Shown: one piece after another, positions 1-13,330 of the stretch | How positions within the stretch are numbered: position 1 is the stretch's first letter | Layout: each line of letters begins with the position of its first letter | Source of the DNA: Octopus vulgaris | Taxonomy: Eukaryota | DNA: 64,000 nucleotides | Direction of reading: 5' to 3' | Assembly (NCBI GenBank): GCA_951406725.2 | Contig: OX597814.1 | Location: 75,392,001-75,456,000 of the forward strand | Translations under genes and position numbers: made by a program | The notes under the pieces: generated by a model | The model's input: only the letters and a program-made list of their open reading frames with translations | What the model was told of the DNA's origin: nothing | Database searches by the model: none

Positions 1-441
1 TACAATATAGGTGATAAGAAAAGAAGTGATGAGGAGTGAGAATACCTGAGAGGAAGTGGTATAAAAGTAGCTTGCTCTGAAGAGCAGAGGCTATTGGTGT
101 TGCAGTGGAAAAGATAGAGACCGAAGGCAGTATGACTGTGTGCCAGAGGTTGAAGTGTGTTTGTGAGTAACTTTTCAGTACACCAAATAAGAATCTTTTT
201 TTTTTTCTATGCATACAGCCTAGTATATCTGTATATAAAACAATAATTCATTGGAGATCTCAAATGGACTTTGCAGAGAGTTGGTAATTCTTTAACACTT
301 ATGTGCTGATATAAGATCATGGATCTTCAAACTAGTATGTCAACAATACAATCAATTCTAACTTTCATGGTCAAGTTTAGTTAATCTGGTACCTATTAAT
401 CCTGTAGAGATGAATGGCTAACTTACAGTGACAGTACTGAA

Positions 442-668
442 CCCTTTAGCATTTAAACTGGCCATATCAAGCTCTAATATTCTACTTGTTTTATGTTCAA
501 ACTGGACAGATCTAACTTCTCACACCTATCCTACATTGTCAATCTAAAAATAAATGATCGTACCATCAAAATATTGAAGCTATAATATAATGCACGACTA
601 ATTCAAAACAATGTGAATAAATAATAAATAAGCATTACATTTGACAGAATAATCTGAATGCCACATAG
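442..668 (-). mobile_element. piggyBac-type MITE, degraded copy of the family at 24915-25118
   Basis: Starts CCCTTTAGCATTTAAA. The interior is the reverse complement of the 24915-25118 and 4011-4221 copies (e.g. aagcattacatttgacagaataatctgaatgc). Confidence 0.65.
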
Positions 669-1848
669 TTGAGGCTGAAGAATTTTATGATGCACTCTTT
701 GCTATGTTAGAGAAAGTGCTTTAACCAGGAAAGATCCTCATCTACGACAAAGCTTAGAATTTGTATCACTCTTAAATATGGGTCAGAGAGAGTTCCAGTA
801 GTATGTGTGATGATATCTGGTAAGATATTGTCAACCTGGTACTATAGAGATTAAATCATTTAGGCCAGAGCTCTACTACTTCTGTTAATCCTATAACATA
901 TATATCTTTCAGAATAATATATATTTTTTTCTATTGATGCAAGATCGTAAGTTGGCAGGGAGCAACATTTTTTATCAAACTGACATTGAAATCTATCTAG
1001 TGCTCACTTTATCAATACTAAAGTGCTAAAAAAGGGAAAAAAAAATCAACCCCAGTAAGATTTGAATTTTTAATGTAGAGAGATAAAATTAAATACTTTT
1101 AAGGCTCTCAATGTCATTTCTGCAAACTCTATCATTCTTTTATATTCTGTATTGATAATATCAATCAACTAAATGTCTTCTATTTCTCTTCATGTGTTTC
1201 TTAAAGCCACAGAATCGAAATTTCTTTATCTGACCTTGAAAAGTTTATCAGTAATCAACAAATAATACACTTAAATGTTAAAAAGGTTGCATTAAGGTCT
1301 AACTGTAGTAACAACATATGGCTAAGAATGCATTAAAAAAGAGTTGTCAATCATAACACTAAACGAGCAGTGAGGTTACCCTTTATTATTGTTATAAGTC
1401 AAAGTTCCTAGATAGATTATGAACCCACAGATCAATGCTAATAACATGTTCCATATAATCATTCATTCCTTGTCACTAATACACCCAATCTGAGAAAACA
1501 ATTTACACATCTACTGAATATACTTTGATTGCTATCACAGTCTACCACCTCCAGCAATAACTTGTATTAAATACCAAGAAGTTATTCTTTGAATATGAGT
1601 TTAATAATAGAGTAGACACCTTATTCAGTGTAATCCTACTGACAGAAACTTCAGTCATTGTTCTTACAGATTTGTGATACCAGAGAACAGAGAAATAGAA
1701 AATTTCGTAAACAGCTGACACTTCCACTTATATTTTCTGTAATAAATCAAACATTTTTCAGTCAACAAAACTGGTTTTCATGATAAAAATAGAAAGGAAG
1801 TGACATAGCATGATCTCATAAAAACCAAAAATATTTGAATTCCTCTTA

Positions 1849-1917
1849 AATTTAAAACGAAAACACAACAGTCACTGAACTTGCATAGTGATGATAAAAC
1901 AAAATCATTGTTATATG

Positions 1918-1978
<61 letters not shown>

Positions 1979-2052
1979 AAAAGCATATAACAATGATTTT
2001 GTTTTATCATCACTATGCAAGTTCAGTGACTGTTGTGTTTTCGTTTTAAATT
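1849..2052. repeat. Perfect inverted repeat, 77-bp arms around a (TA)n spacer
   Basis: 1849-1925 is the exact reverse complement of 1976-2052. The ORF track shows mirror-image MHSDDKTKSLL peptides on both strands. Confidence 0.95.
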
Positions 2053-2590
2053 GTCAATTATATATATATACATATTTATATATTTAACTTTTAGATATCA
2101 ATAGGTATATAACTGGACTACAAATTAGCATTGGTTAGCTTTCAGAGGCCATACATTAGAATATACAAATTTTCTTGCCAATCAACTGAACCATCAAAAT
2201 TTATTTCAAATATAGGGTTTCGATATTCTTATTTATTGAGCTACAATCATATAGGACACCTGCCTCAATTTTTTTGTTATTCTTTTATTAGTTTCAATCA
2301 CTGTACAGTAGTTATGCTGGATGATTCGCTTGAATATCTAGTACATATTTTACTAAAGCCTATTTATCAATTGGTTCAGACTGCCACTGACTGACACACA
2401 CATACTCACACATGTATGGGGAACAGTTTTTCTTTCAAATAGTTTTCTTATATCTACATATGTTTCTCATATCAATGCAGTTCTGAAATTCATTTCCAGG
2501 TTACATTATCCTCATCTCCATGATGTGGAATGGCTTTTGCTGCCAAGCTATATTTTTTACAGGGCAGCTCATGTTTATACAGACATTCTA

Positions 2591-3690
2591 AAGGTGACTA
2601 AAGGCCTCTCGCTCAGAGTAAAAGGCAGACTGTATGATGCATGTGTACGAACAGCCATGCTACATGGCAGTGAAACATGGGCCGTGACTGCTGAGGACAT
2701 GCGTAAGCTCGCGAGAAATGAAGCTAGTATGCTCCGTTGGATGTGTAATGTCAGTGTTCATAGTCAACAGAGTGTAAGTACCTTGAGAGAAAAGTTGGAC
2801 CTAAGAGGCATCAGATGTTGTGTGCAAGAGAGACGATTGTGCTGGTATGGTCATGTGGCGAGAATGGATGAAGATAGGTGTGTGAAAAAGTGCCACATCC
2901 TGGCAGTTGAGGGGACCTGTGGAAGAGGTAGACCCAGGTAAACCTGGGTCGAGGTGGTGAAGCACGACCTTCGAACTCTAGGTCTCACCAAGGAAATGAC
3001 CAGAGACCGAGACCTATGGAAGTATGCTGTGTGTCAGAAGACCCGGCAAGACCAGTGAGAACAATCAAAATCAAATCATATATCAGAAAGCAGGGGTTAA
3101 GTGACCCATCTGTTCGTGTCCGCTGTCAGCCTCGTCTGGCACCCGTGTCGGTGATACGTAAAAGCACCATTCGCTCGCGGCCGTTTGCCAGCTCTGTCTG
3201 GCCCCGTGTCGGTGGCACGTAAAAGCACCATCCGTTCGTGTTCGTTGCCAGCCTCGCCTGGCCCCGTGCCGGTGACACGTAAAAGCACCGTCCGTTCGTG
3301 GCCGTTTGCCAGCTCTGTCTGGCCCCGTGTCGGTGGCACGTAAAAGCACCATCCGTTCGTGTTCGTTGCCAGCCTCGGCTGGCCCCCGTGCAGGTGACAC
3401 GTAAAAGCACCGTCCGTTCGTGGCCGTTTGCCAGCTCTGTCTGGCTCCGTGTCGGTGACACGTAAAAACACCATCCGTTCGCCAGCTCTGTCTGGCACCT
3501 GTGCAGGTGGCACGTAAAAAACACCCACTACACTTGCGGAGTGGTTGGCGTTAGGAAGTGCATCCAGCCGTAGAAACACTGCCAGACCAGACTGGAGCCT
3601 GGGGCAGCCCCTGGCACCCCAGACCCCGGTCGAACCGTCCAACCCGTGCTAGCGTGGAAAACGGACGTTAAACGATGATGATGATGATGA
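2591..3690 (+). mobile_element. RTE LINE subfamily A, 5'-truncated (C-terminal ORF, 3' UTR array, (GAT)n tail)
   Basis: Peptide VTKGLSLRVKGRLYDACVRTAMLHGSETW...GRGRPR is nearly identical to the C-terminus of ORF 38132-40957. Premature TAA at 2939-2941. Ends ggacgttaaac(gat)n. Confidence 0.93.
3105..3530 (+). repeat. Tandem array of about 60-bp units (7 units, A/B alternation) in the RTE 3' UTR
   Basis: cgtaaaa core recurs near 3157, 3218, 3278, 3339, 3400, 3461 and 3513. Confidence 0.92.
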
Positions 3691-4010
3691 TTCTCACCAA
3701 ATTTGACTATCAGACCATTTGAGTTCTATTTTATCAGATATGCATTTGTGACATGTTGCACACTACATTGAGTTGCAATATTACGTATTGCTTCTACAGT
3801 CAATTGTTTATTTTTAAGTGGAATTCTACAAAGTATGGAAGCATTTTCTGTAAATATTTTCTTGCCTAGCTTATGCATTATTCCATTTGGTGCAATTATT
3901 CCTCATTTTAAATGCATAGTGAGCCTGTGAAAGAGTGTTGTAGCTGTCTGACTAATGAAATAGTTGGAATAGTGAAGTTTGTCACTCACATTTTTACACT
4001 CAAATTTTTA

Positions 4011-4221
4011 TCCTTTAGCATTCAGATAACTCTGTCAAATGTAATGCTTATTGATTCACATTGTTTTGAATTAATTATGTATTATCAAGTAGCTTTGAGA
4101 TTTCAACGATATAATTGTTTATTTTCAAAATGACATTGTAGGGTAGGAGTGAGAGGCTAGATGTGGCTGGTTTTATCATAAAAAGGATAGAATATTTGAG
4201 TCTGGTATGGCTGATTTAAAT
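4011..4221 (+). mobile_element. piggyBac-type MITE, degraded
   Basis: cctttagcattcagataactctgtcaaatgtaatgcttat start is shared with 24915 and 42801. Confidence 0.7.
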
Positions 4222-4244
4222 TAAATTGTTCATTTTAAGTTTGC

Positions 4245-4680
4245 CCCCAAGTTCACATGCTTCCAGTGCGAGGTTAATAAGAAACTGTTTTTCTTTTTAT
4301 CTTAATATTTTTGTAACATATTACAAGTGTTAGTTTGTGGTTTAGTGTGAAGTATTTTGTTTTGTTTTAAAAGATGCTTGATAAAGTGTTTCTCCTATAT
4401 CTGGTATGTATTTGATTCACTTGGTGTGTGATATGTATATCTTTGTAGGGGTATTGCCTAACATATTTGTTGCATTTATTTCCTTCTATTTCCATCAATC
4501 TATTTGAATATCCATTGCTAATTAGTGTTTGTTTTATTGTGTGGATTTCATTATCTAGTGTTTCATTTGTGGAAGGAAACCTAAAAGATTCGTTAAGTAA
4601 TGATTTCCCCACTGACATTTTGTAGTTAAGAGAGCATTTGCCATTTCCATATTATTATATCCACTTGTTTGGGTCTTTTG
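4245..4680 (-). pseudogene. Penelope-like element (PLE) relic: RT thumb/linker region
   Basis: Minus-strand peptide NYKMSVGKSLLNE...DNEIHTIKQTLISNGYSN resembles the PLE thumb motif (YK.SVI..L...E...IKQ.L..NGY). A downstream LEACEL fragment may be the start of the GIY-YIG region. Recognised by eye. Confidence 0.6.
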
Positions 4681-4739
4681 TTACACACACACGTCTCCCA
4701 CACACAAATATATATATATATATATAAATACATATATAA

Positions 4740-5035
4740 AATATAAATTAGAGAAAAACCCCACTATTATGCAATTCAAACAATGATAGACATAAACCAA
4801 ATCATAAATAAAAAATAAAATATTTTTATAAAACATATAACTAGATCACAAAAAGTATAAAAATGAATAATCAATATATAATAAGTATATTATTATATAT
4901 TCATTATTCATTTTTATACTTTTTGTGATCTAGTTATATGTTTTATAAAAATATTTTATTTTTTATTTATGATTTGGTTTATGTCTATTATTGTTTGAAT
5001 TACATAATAGGGTGTTTTTCTCTCTAATTTATATT
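4740..5035. repeat. Near-perfect fold-back palindrome, about 145-bp arms, 5-nt loop, between TA-rich tracts
   Basis: 4740-4884 is the reverse complement of 4890-5035 with only a few differences. Unpaired 5036-5100 runs into (TA)n. Confidence 0.93.
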
Positions 5036-5097
5036 GTGAAATTTGATTTAATAGTAAATTGAATTTTTTCCTGTAAGTTTGGAGTTATATTCCCTAT

Positions 5098-5132
<35 letters not shown>

Positions 5133-5329
5133 TTAGGTCCTGGCAGAGTGTAAAGGTAGGTTGTTTCCAGAGAAGCATCCAAATACTGGGCTATCAAGGC
5201 TATCAACACTGTAGGGTCCCAGACTAATGCTGGAATTCTTCAAGTAAAGAAAATTCTTGTTTCACAATGGTCACATCGTAATGTGGGTTTGGCAAGGAGT
5301 AAATTCTAATTCTAATAATAAGATGGATT

Positions 5330-5646
5330 AAAGAAATCCTTTAACACATCTTAAATGATTTGTTACAATTGTTTCTGTGCTAACTCTGCTTGCAATGCCA
5401 GTTTATGCAAAAAAGTGAAGTGAAAATTTATGTACTGTTTGCAGAGAGGCACTTCATCTGACTTGCATTTAAGGTGTGCTGTCACATTGTGCGTCTTCCA
5501 GACATTGCTTTTTGGAAGTACCTCTCTAAAACCATAAATATGACATAAATGTTCACTTCAAATCTTTGCGTAAACGGATGTTGCAAGCAGGGTTGGTACA
5601 GAAACAATTGTAATGAATCACTAAAGACGTGTTCAATAATTTCTTT
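5330..5646. repeat. Imperfect inverted repeat, 104-bp ungapped arms plus an inner 13-bp stem
   Basis: 5330-5433 vs the reverse complement of 5543-5646 shows 20 differences by manual alignment. Inner agagaggcacttc (5443-5455) pairs with gaagtacctctct (5515-5527). Confidence 0.85.
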
Positions 5647-5659
5647 GACCTAATATTTG

Positions 5660-5716
<57 letters not shown>

Positions 5717-6031
5717 TACATACATATTGAAAGAAAGAAAATGGAGAAAGATGGATGTATGAATAATTTATTTGTAGGATATAAAAATGTTGAAGTTTTT
5801 TTGAAACTAACAATACAAATAAATAAGTTGTAAAGCTCAAAAAGAAATCAGGTAAGGCAAAAATACCTACATATATGTTTCAGTTCTAGGCCGGAGTTGA
5901 TATGCAATTCTAAGCATTTAGCTATATGCCAAGAATGGTATCATTTTTAACTATATAGGGCAGAACTTCTTCAGGGTTATTATGAGCTTATAAAACAAAG
6001 GTTAACATACATTGTCTAATGATGTGAGAGT

Positions 6032-6079
<48 letters not shown>

Positions 6080-6118
6080 TATACATATATATATAAATGC
6101 ACACACACACACATATAC

Positions 6119-6978
6119 AATCATCGTTTAACATACACTTTCCATGCTGACATGGGTTAGATGGTTTGACATGGGGCTGGCTAGCAGGGAACTGTCCAAA
6201 CTCAAACTGTCTGTTTCTATGGCTGGCTACCCTTCCAAATGCCAACCACTTAACAGTCTGTTGGGTGCTTTTTACATGCTACTAGCATTAGTGCATTTAT
6301 GCAGCACAAGCATAGATGCATTTACACAGCAATGGTACAGGTGCTTTATAAGTGGTACCAGCACCTGAAAGGACAACCCTGTATGTGTGGAAGACATAAT
6401 TTTACTTAGCTTGACGTGTCTTACGAAGTACAGTAACTTGCCACACCTCCTGGTTCCTAGTCATTTCCTCAGCAAAGCCCAGTGTCTGCAGATCCCTTCT
6501 CACCACTCTGTTCACATCTTCCTGGGTTTTCCACAGATACCCTCCACAATTAGAGTTCAGCAATTCTTTATGCAATTGTCTTCATCCATATGCATCATAT
6601 GGCCAAAGTCTTCTCTCTTGCACACAACATCATCTGATGCTTCTTATACCCAATTTTCCTCTTAAATCATTTATACACTGTCATGCATGCACACTGACAT
6701 TACCCATCCAGCAAAGCATGCTAGCTTCATTTCTTTTAAGCCCACATTTCACTGCCATGTAACATAGCTGTACATACATATACAGGCATCATACAATCTG
6801 CCTTTCACTCTGAGTCAGAGGCCCTTAGTTACCAACAAAGGTAGCTCTCTGAACTTCCTCCCAGCCTGTTCTTATCCTAGCAATTATACTTTCAGAACTC
6901 CCTCCTTGATTGTTAACTTGGTCTCCTAGGTAACAGAAGCTATCTACTACTTCTAATGATTCACCTGAGCATCTGAGT
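6119..6978 (-). mobile_element. Old RTE LINE 3' fragment
   Basis: tcatcgtttaac...ttccatgctgacatgggtt tail, followed by degraded homology to the RTE C-terminal ORF (catcatacaatctgcctttcactctgag; ctcctaggtaacagaagctatc). Confidence 0.85.
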
Positions 6979-9900
6979 AGGGCTATTGTCACAAAAGTGA
7001 TGACAAAGTGTCATGGTGAGATGGAATAAATAGGATACTATCCTAAGTCATCATAATAAAATATGTAACAAGGAAATATGTCTCAAAAAGAACATGCAAG
7101 GGCTTGTATGTTGTGTGAAAAGCAAATGTAAAATGTATCTATATGAAGAATGTCACACAAAGCAAATCCATACTGGAGAGAAAAAAAAAAGAACTCAAGA
7201 TATTCCCAAAATTTCGCAGATGAAAACTGAAACATGTAAGAGATTTTCCCTTTTCCTATCACTATGTCTCCTCTCCACTGTTAAAGATAATGAAAATAGA
7301 AAAATTAATTGTATTTCAGCCTGATTTTAACTTTAAATCACTCTGAGGCTTTCCTCTTTTTGCCTATATCTCTTTGCTCCTCCTTTTCCACACCGTTAAA
7401 AGAGTAAAAAAAGGAAAAGAAAAAATGAGATTATATCTAATTCTTAAAGCTTCTAAATGACTATAGACTAATTTCAAGTTATGTTGTACTGACAAGTCCA
7501 GAATAAGGGTGAAATGGCACTATCTACAACTATAGGGTTATCTTTCTCTCTCTGACTCCCTAAGCAAATATAAGCAACAACAGTGGTAGCTCTCAGTCAA
7601 ACAACCACATATGTATGTGTGTGTGTGCGTGCATATATATACACATACACACAAACTTAAATATATCTGTCCATTTAACTATCTATCTACAACACACACA
7701 CACACATATTTTTATATATCCCAGCTTTCTACATGAGCAAAGTATGCTTGCAATTCTATATTAGCCAGTTAATATAGAATAGATACTGCCTATATTGTCA
7801 GTCAATCAGGATTGGTGGTTTAAGAGTACTGGCTAATCTGTTTGTTCTGGGCATCGATTATAAAATCACAGTACTGTAATATCTATGTTTCTAAAACTGC
7901 TAGACTGTGTTGGCAATAACTACTGATTTTTTTTTTTTTACTTTTAAATGTATATGTATTTACCAACTATATTTAACTAAGTCATAAACAGTATTTATGA
8001 AAAGCAGCATGCAACGTGTGGATAAGCTAAATGCTGAAGCAAGACTATAAAAGAGGGTGTGATTTATCTCCTACTGCAAGGTATATACAAGTTCATACAA
8101 GTAGACAGGCTTTCATTTTGATTTTTTTTTTTAATATGATCCTGAGAGAATGCTTGCAAAGGAGTTATTAGCAAGTGAAAAGCCAAATAAAAACCTTCTA
8201 GTATCAGTGAAACAGTAAGATTTTTCAAAGAAACATTATTAAGAGTAATGGCTAATATCAAACAATTCTTAGTCAATTGTATTTAACAGAAAATTGGTGC
8301 ACCACTAAGTGGTTAAGAAGTTTCCATTGCAATCATGATGACTAAGGTTTAATTCCACTGCACAGCACCATCAGCAAATATCCTTGTCCTTATCCTAGGA
8401 TCAACCTAAGCCATGCTGTATATGATACAATGATCCGTGGGTTCAGTGTATTGTCACACAATCATTCTACCTGTATTAAGATTACAAATCTCTGTGCAAT
8501 ATTTAGTGATTTAATTTGGAATTTAATGAGCAGATAGAGATAACTCCTTTGATCAGACTGAAACATCCATACATTGAAATTGATTTGTGAGTGTATCAGT
8601 CTAAAAATTAGTGTAGGGCTCACGTTTGTTAAGACTAGGGAACAGGGGCGACTAGGTAAAACTGAAAATTCTTATGGATTAGGGGTTGAGAGTTGAAAAA
8701 ATGTGGGCAGAGACAAAATTCTAGAAAGATGCAATTTTGAGTTCTGGGAAATGAGATGCAGATTATGATGAGAGAGAAGAGGAAGGTCAACTGAGTTAGT
8801 CTAGATGCTAACTATTGTATGATATAGGTTTCTCTTTTACATATATTTTTTTTAATGTGCTACGTATGTACACAGCTTAAAGTCCAAATTTAACATGATT
8901 TTCTCTATACAACTGACATTTTATTTAGCTCATTCTACATGTTTTCTGTTTGCAATTGTCTTTCATTTCTTGGAATATCAGCTCATTGACATCAATGTCT
9001 CTAAGGGTAACTTTGATAATCTTTCCATTTCCATTATAGGCAGCAATATGCTGATAAGTAACTGCAAAGAAGATAACTGCAATGGGTACTATATGATATC
9101 TGCATTAAGAAACTTGTCACATGTATTTTTCATGACAGTTGATAATCACACACTGTATGTTTTCAATCCAATTGATTCCCTTATTTACCAAAAGCAACAA
9201 TATATCAACCTTCTTTCTTTTTATTGTTTACAACAGAGCTGAATAGGTAATATCTTAAACTGTCTGTTGCTACACAATTGAGAAATCAGCAATTCTACTG
9301 TAAGATTGTTTCCAAAGTTCTCATCAAATGGCACAATTTAGATAAATGTAAAACACTGTGAAAACATATTAGGTGTAACCATTAATGTTGAAGTAAATCA
9401 TGTTACTGAATGGCAAATATTGCAAGATATATAGCTCTTTTTCTTTGCAGGAAGAATATATTTTTACAACAATTACTCTCATTGCAATATAAAGGATGAA
9501 AACTTAAATACACTCAAAAATAATAAATATGTACTTTTGAGGTGTTCAATAATGTGATCTTTTTGAACATACATTTTTTTTATTTATTGTAATTTATCAA
9601 GTTAGGATAATTTGAATGCAAAATTACATCCATAAATTTCTTTAAATTCTGACATTTATAAAAAAATGAGTAAAATACTTGGGATGTTTTTAGAAAATAA
9701 CAGATGTGCTATATGTGACATATTCAAGGAGGTTGGATATTATAATGGTATTTTACAGATAATTCATATAATATAACTCGTGAATTACATTCAGGCAATT
9801 AAATATGCTAAAAATGGTTGTGTGAAACACTGACAAAAGCTCACCAAGTAGACATTTGAAATTTTCAAATTGGCTAAAAGTAAAATTGAACACAATTCTT

Positions 9901-12617
9901 CTATTTTAAGAAGATTTAAGGTTATATTAACAAAGCTCTCTCTCACTCCTTTTCTAAAGCATATGTATAAACAAGTGTGTACATGCATGTATATACTGAC
10001 ACATACACAATGGTTCCCATGTCACAGCTGATGTACAAATGTTGACTATGCATGTGTTTTTTGACAGATGTGGACTTGGACAGTTTGCAACAAGCTGATG
10101 TGGGAGAGTAATAAAAAACAAAAGGGGCATGAACAGAGAAAAAAATGTAAGGTAAAATAAAGCAAAAGAAGTATAAAAGGAAACAAAAAGCAAAAAAGGA
10201 GTTGTGTTGCTGTTGATGTTTGGCCCCCAAGTGAGCTTTGAGTGAGTAGACCTATGATCAAAGGCAAATCTGCCATGATTTTGCAATTGTTTTTTCAGAT
10301 TATTCACAGCAGTAGGGTAATGGGAGAGATTTGTCAACTATTTCTAGCAGGTCAACTGACGGCATATAGAATCAATGGTGCACAATAGAGCTGTTAATGA
10401 GTGAATAATGTGTGCACTTGAGTGGTAAGGTTAAATTCAGATACTACACTGCAATACAGATTTAGAACAAGCAGAGCAGAACTTACTAGGGTACAGCATT
10501 CCATGCTTTATAGCTCTTACATGTATCAAAAGATCCCTATTGAATCCTACAGCCTTTCCTACTTATTGGGTCATTTCATGATATTTTCTTTAAACCAAGA
10601 CAACCAATCCAACACATGTACAGCAGCATTTTGATACTATGGCTGGTTGTTCTTTACACAAATTAAGTAACTATACCCAGCAAAGTCTTGCATCATTACC
10701 AAGGTTTCCAAACTGGCTACTGAACTTGAAAAATCTTAGTTCATTATTTGTCATTTTTCTTGCTATGTTACAAAATGTTTTCTAGTGTCATGGGTTAAAA
10801 TTTTCCAGATGCATCCTTTGGTTATGATAATCTCTTGCTGGGAGCCTGCTCTAAATATTTACAATGAAGAAAGTCCCAATAAAGAATTTGTGTACCAGGA
10901 AGTTATATCATATTGATGGGAACGCACAGCACCATATACAACAAAAGCGCATTTGGCAATGCAGCTCAAAGCATATAATGACCCAAAGCTAAACTAACTA
11001 ACACTCTGTGGTGTGTGTGTTTATTTACCTGTCAGTAATAAGTTACTTTAAAGTATATAAACTAGGTATACTAATATATAAACATGGAGAGAAACTTAAT
11101 GTAGTGGTCAGAGTGGGACCAACAATACAGAACTGTTATCATAACTAGTATGACAGTACTGTTACATATACAGGAATTATACAACTGATAAAAAAAAACA
11201 AGAATGACTGATGAAGTCACTAACACAATCCAACTTGTCTTTTCTGTTGTAACTGCAGAAGCTTTTTAGAGCAAACTGGTCTTGTGATATCATCACTGTT
11301 GTACTCCTAACTTCCCTGGTTCTCTTATCACTCATATCCACCCAATGAGGTTTTACAATAACCACTACACCCAGTCCTTCCTTCCCAGAACATCAGCTTG
11401 CAAGAATACCTTCTCTGCACAAGTCTTTTTAGGCCATGAACATAACTCCTTACAGACAAATCTAATAATGAAAATAAAGGCCTATATCTCATTGTTTTAC
11501 AAGATAATGAGAAATTCCTTGTTTTTCTTTTACTCTTTTATACATTTCAGCCCTAAAGCTGTGGCCATGCCACAGCACTGCAGGTAATTTAATTTCATAG
11601 AGGATTCTTCATTGAATGTCAAGGGTTTACAAAGGTTGGAGAAATACATGTGGAATATGATTCATAGGATATGCAAGGTTAAGTTGCATGAAAGATAAAA
11701 TGCAAGAGAACTGAGAATGCCAAAATGTCTCAAAGTGGAAACAGTACTCTATAGCAAGTCTCATATGAATTTCATTGAGGGTTAGTAGTAGTTTGAGATT
11801 GAAGAGATTTTTGGCCCTGAAGAGGCAAGCCAGTGTTTGCTTTCTTAGTAATGCAAATTTACTAGAAGAGATCCTTAATGTAGGAGAGACAGCTGTGTTG
11901 GTATGGGAATGTAATGTGACTGGATGATGAGTACAAGGCAAAAAGGTGCAGTAAAATACTGAAGACAAGATTAAGGAAAACAGAAAACTGATATTAAATA
12001 ACAATCCATCAAACTAAAGCTAACATTAAAATGTGGAAGCTAAAAGAGTATCATCTTGGCATCATGTTAGTACACAAACATACCCACACATGTAAATTAT
12101 GCAAATACATATATCTTTTTAAGCTATACTTGCCCTACCTATCCCTAAGTAAAACAAAAGGAACCGATAATGATGACATTTTAAATGAAGATCAATAAAC
12201 ATATGAGAGTTAATAACAGTCAGTATTGGATTAGTAATTGTTGGAGAGAAATGGTCTTTGTACTGTACATTATAGAAACATATAGTAGTTATAAGGTAAC
12301 CATCACACTCATACAATCTAGATGTGAAAATTTGGGCCTACAAGCAACAAATGACTGAAAGTCAATGAAAATTTTTCACTTTGTTTTTGAAGATAGGAGA
12401 TATGTGAATCCCAATACCCATACAGAAACTTATACAAACCCATGGCATGTACCCAAGGTTCTATTAACACATGCACATGTGTGCGTTTATCAAATAGTGT
12501 TTTTTTTACATTAATATGTGTGTGTGTGTGCATGTGTAGCTGGTCTTTATATATATATATATATATATATATCACCCATATCAGCATGGAAGGTGGACAT
12601 ATGATGATAATATAAAT

Positions 12618-12746
12618 GCAGGCATGTTTTCTAGCTACATCATTTCAAGTTCAATCCAATGCACAACATGTTTATCATCTAACATAGCCCCAAGCTGACC
12701 AAAGCCATACAAATGGGTTTGGTAGATGGAAACTGTAAGAAGCTTG

Positions 12747-12804
<58 letters not shown>

Positions 12805-13035
12805 CCATATGCCCTCCTTGTATTGACATCATGTGATGGTTGTAAACGAGCATTGTCATCATACAAGTGATGTTGTTAGTTCCAGTTTTCCATGAAAAAT
12901 ACATCAGGCCACAGAGAAACTTTGCTTGGAAAAATACATCAAGCCATGGGGAAATGTTGCTTGGAAACAAGAGCTGGGGATAGGAAAGGCATCTGACCAT
13001 AAAATGAATTCTGTCTGACCCATGCCAACATGGGC
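12618..13035 (+). mobile_element. Degraded SINE with internal (GT)n and RTE-like 3' end
   Basis: gaccaaagcc...ggtagatggaaactg core is shared with the 58077 SINE. (GT)n at about 12749-12803. Ends ggaaaggcatctg...acccatgccaacatgg. Confidence 0.65.
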
Positions 13036-13084
13036 AAGTGGTTGTTGGTCACAGTCAAATGAGTGAAACAAGTAAAAGAATATA

Positions 13085-13297
13085 TGTATGTATCCACTCA
13101 CATACATGCATGTATGTATGTATACACACACATGTACCCACTCACATACATGTACACCCCTCCCACATACACATATCCACTCAATATGCACATGTACACA
13201 CAAACACACACATGCACATACATATATCCACTCACACACTTCCACATGTACACACACCCACTCATACAAGTACACACACATCCACTCACACACATGT

Positions 13298-13329
<32 letters not shown>

Positions 13330-13330
13330 C
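13085..13330. repeat. Degenerate (CA)-rich compound microsatellite
   Basis: CA/TA runs interspersed with recurring ccactca. Explains the overlapping His/Thr and Val/Cys ORFs. Confidence 0.85.

Noticed and set aside
3105-3530. CRISPR-like regularly spaced repeats (also 37630-37975 and 49310-50040)
   Set aside because: Whole units are repeated with no unique spacers, there are no cas genes, and they lie in eukaryotic LINE 3' UTRs.
5574-5616. GAAACAATTGTA identical to the 3' half of the 34383 hammerhead
   Set aside because: No CUGANGA upstream on either arm (cggatgt / ctggcat) and no stem I pairing.
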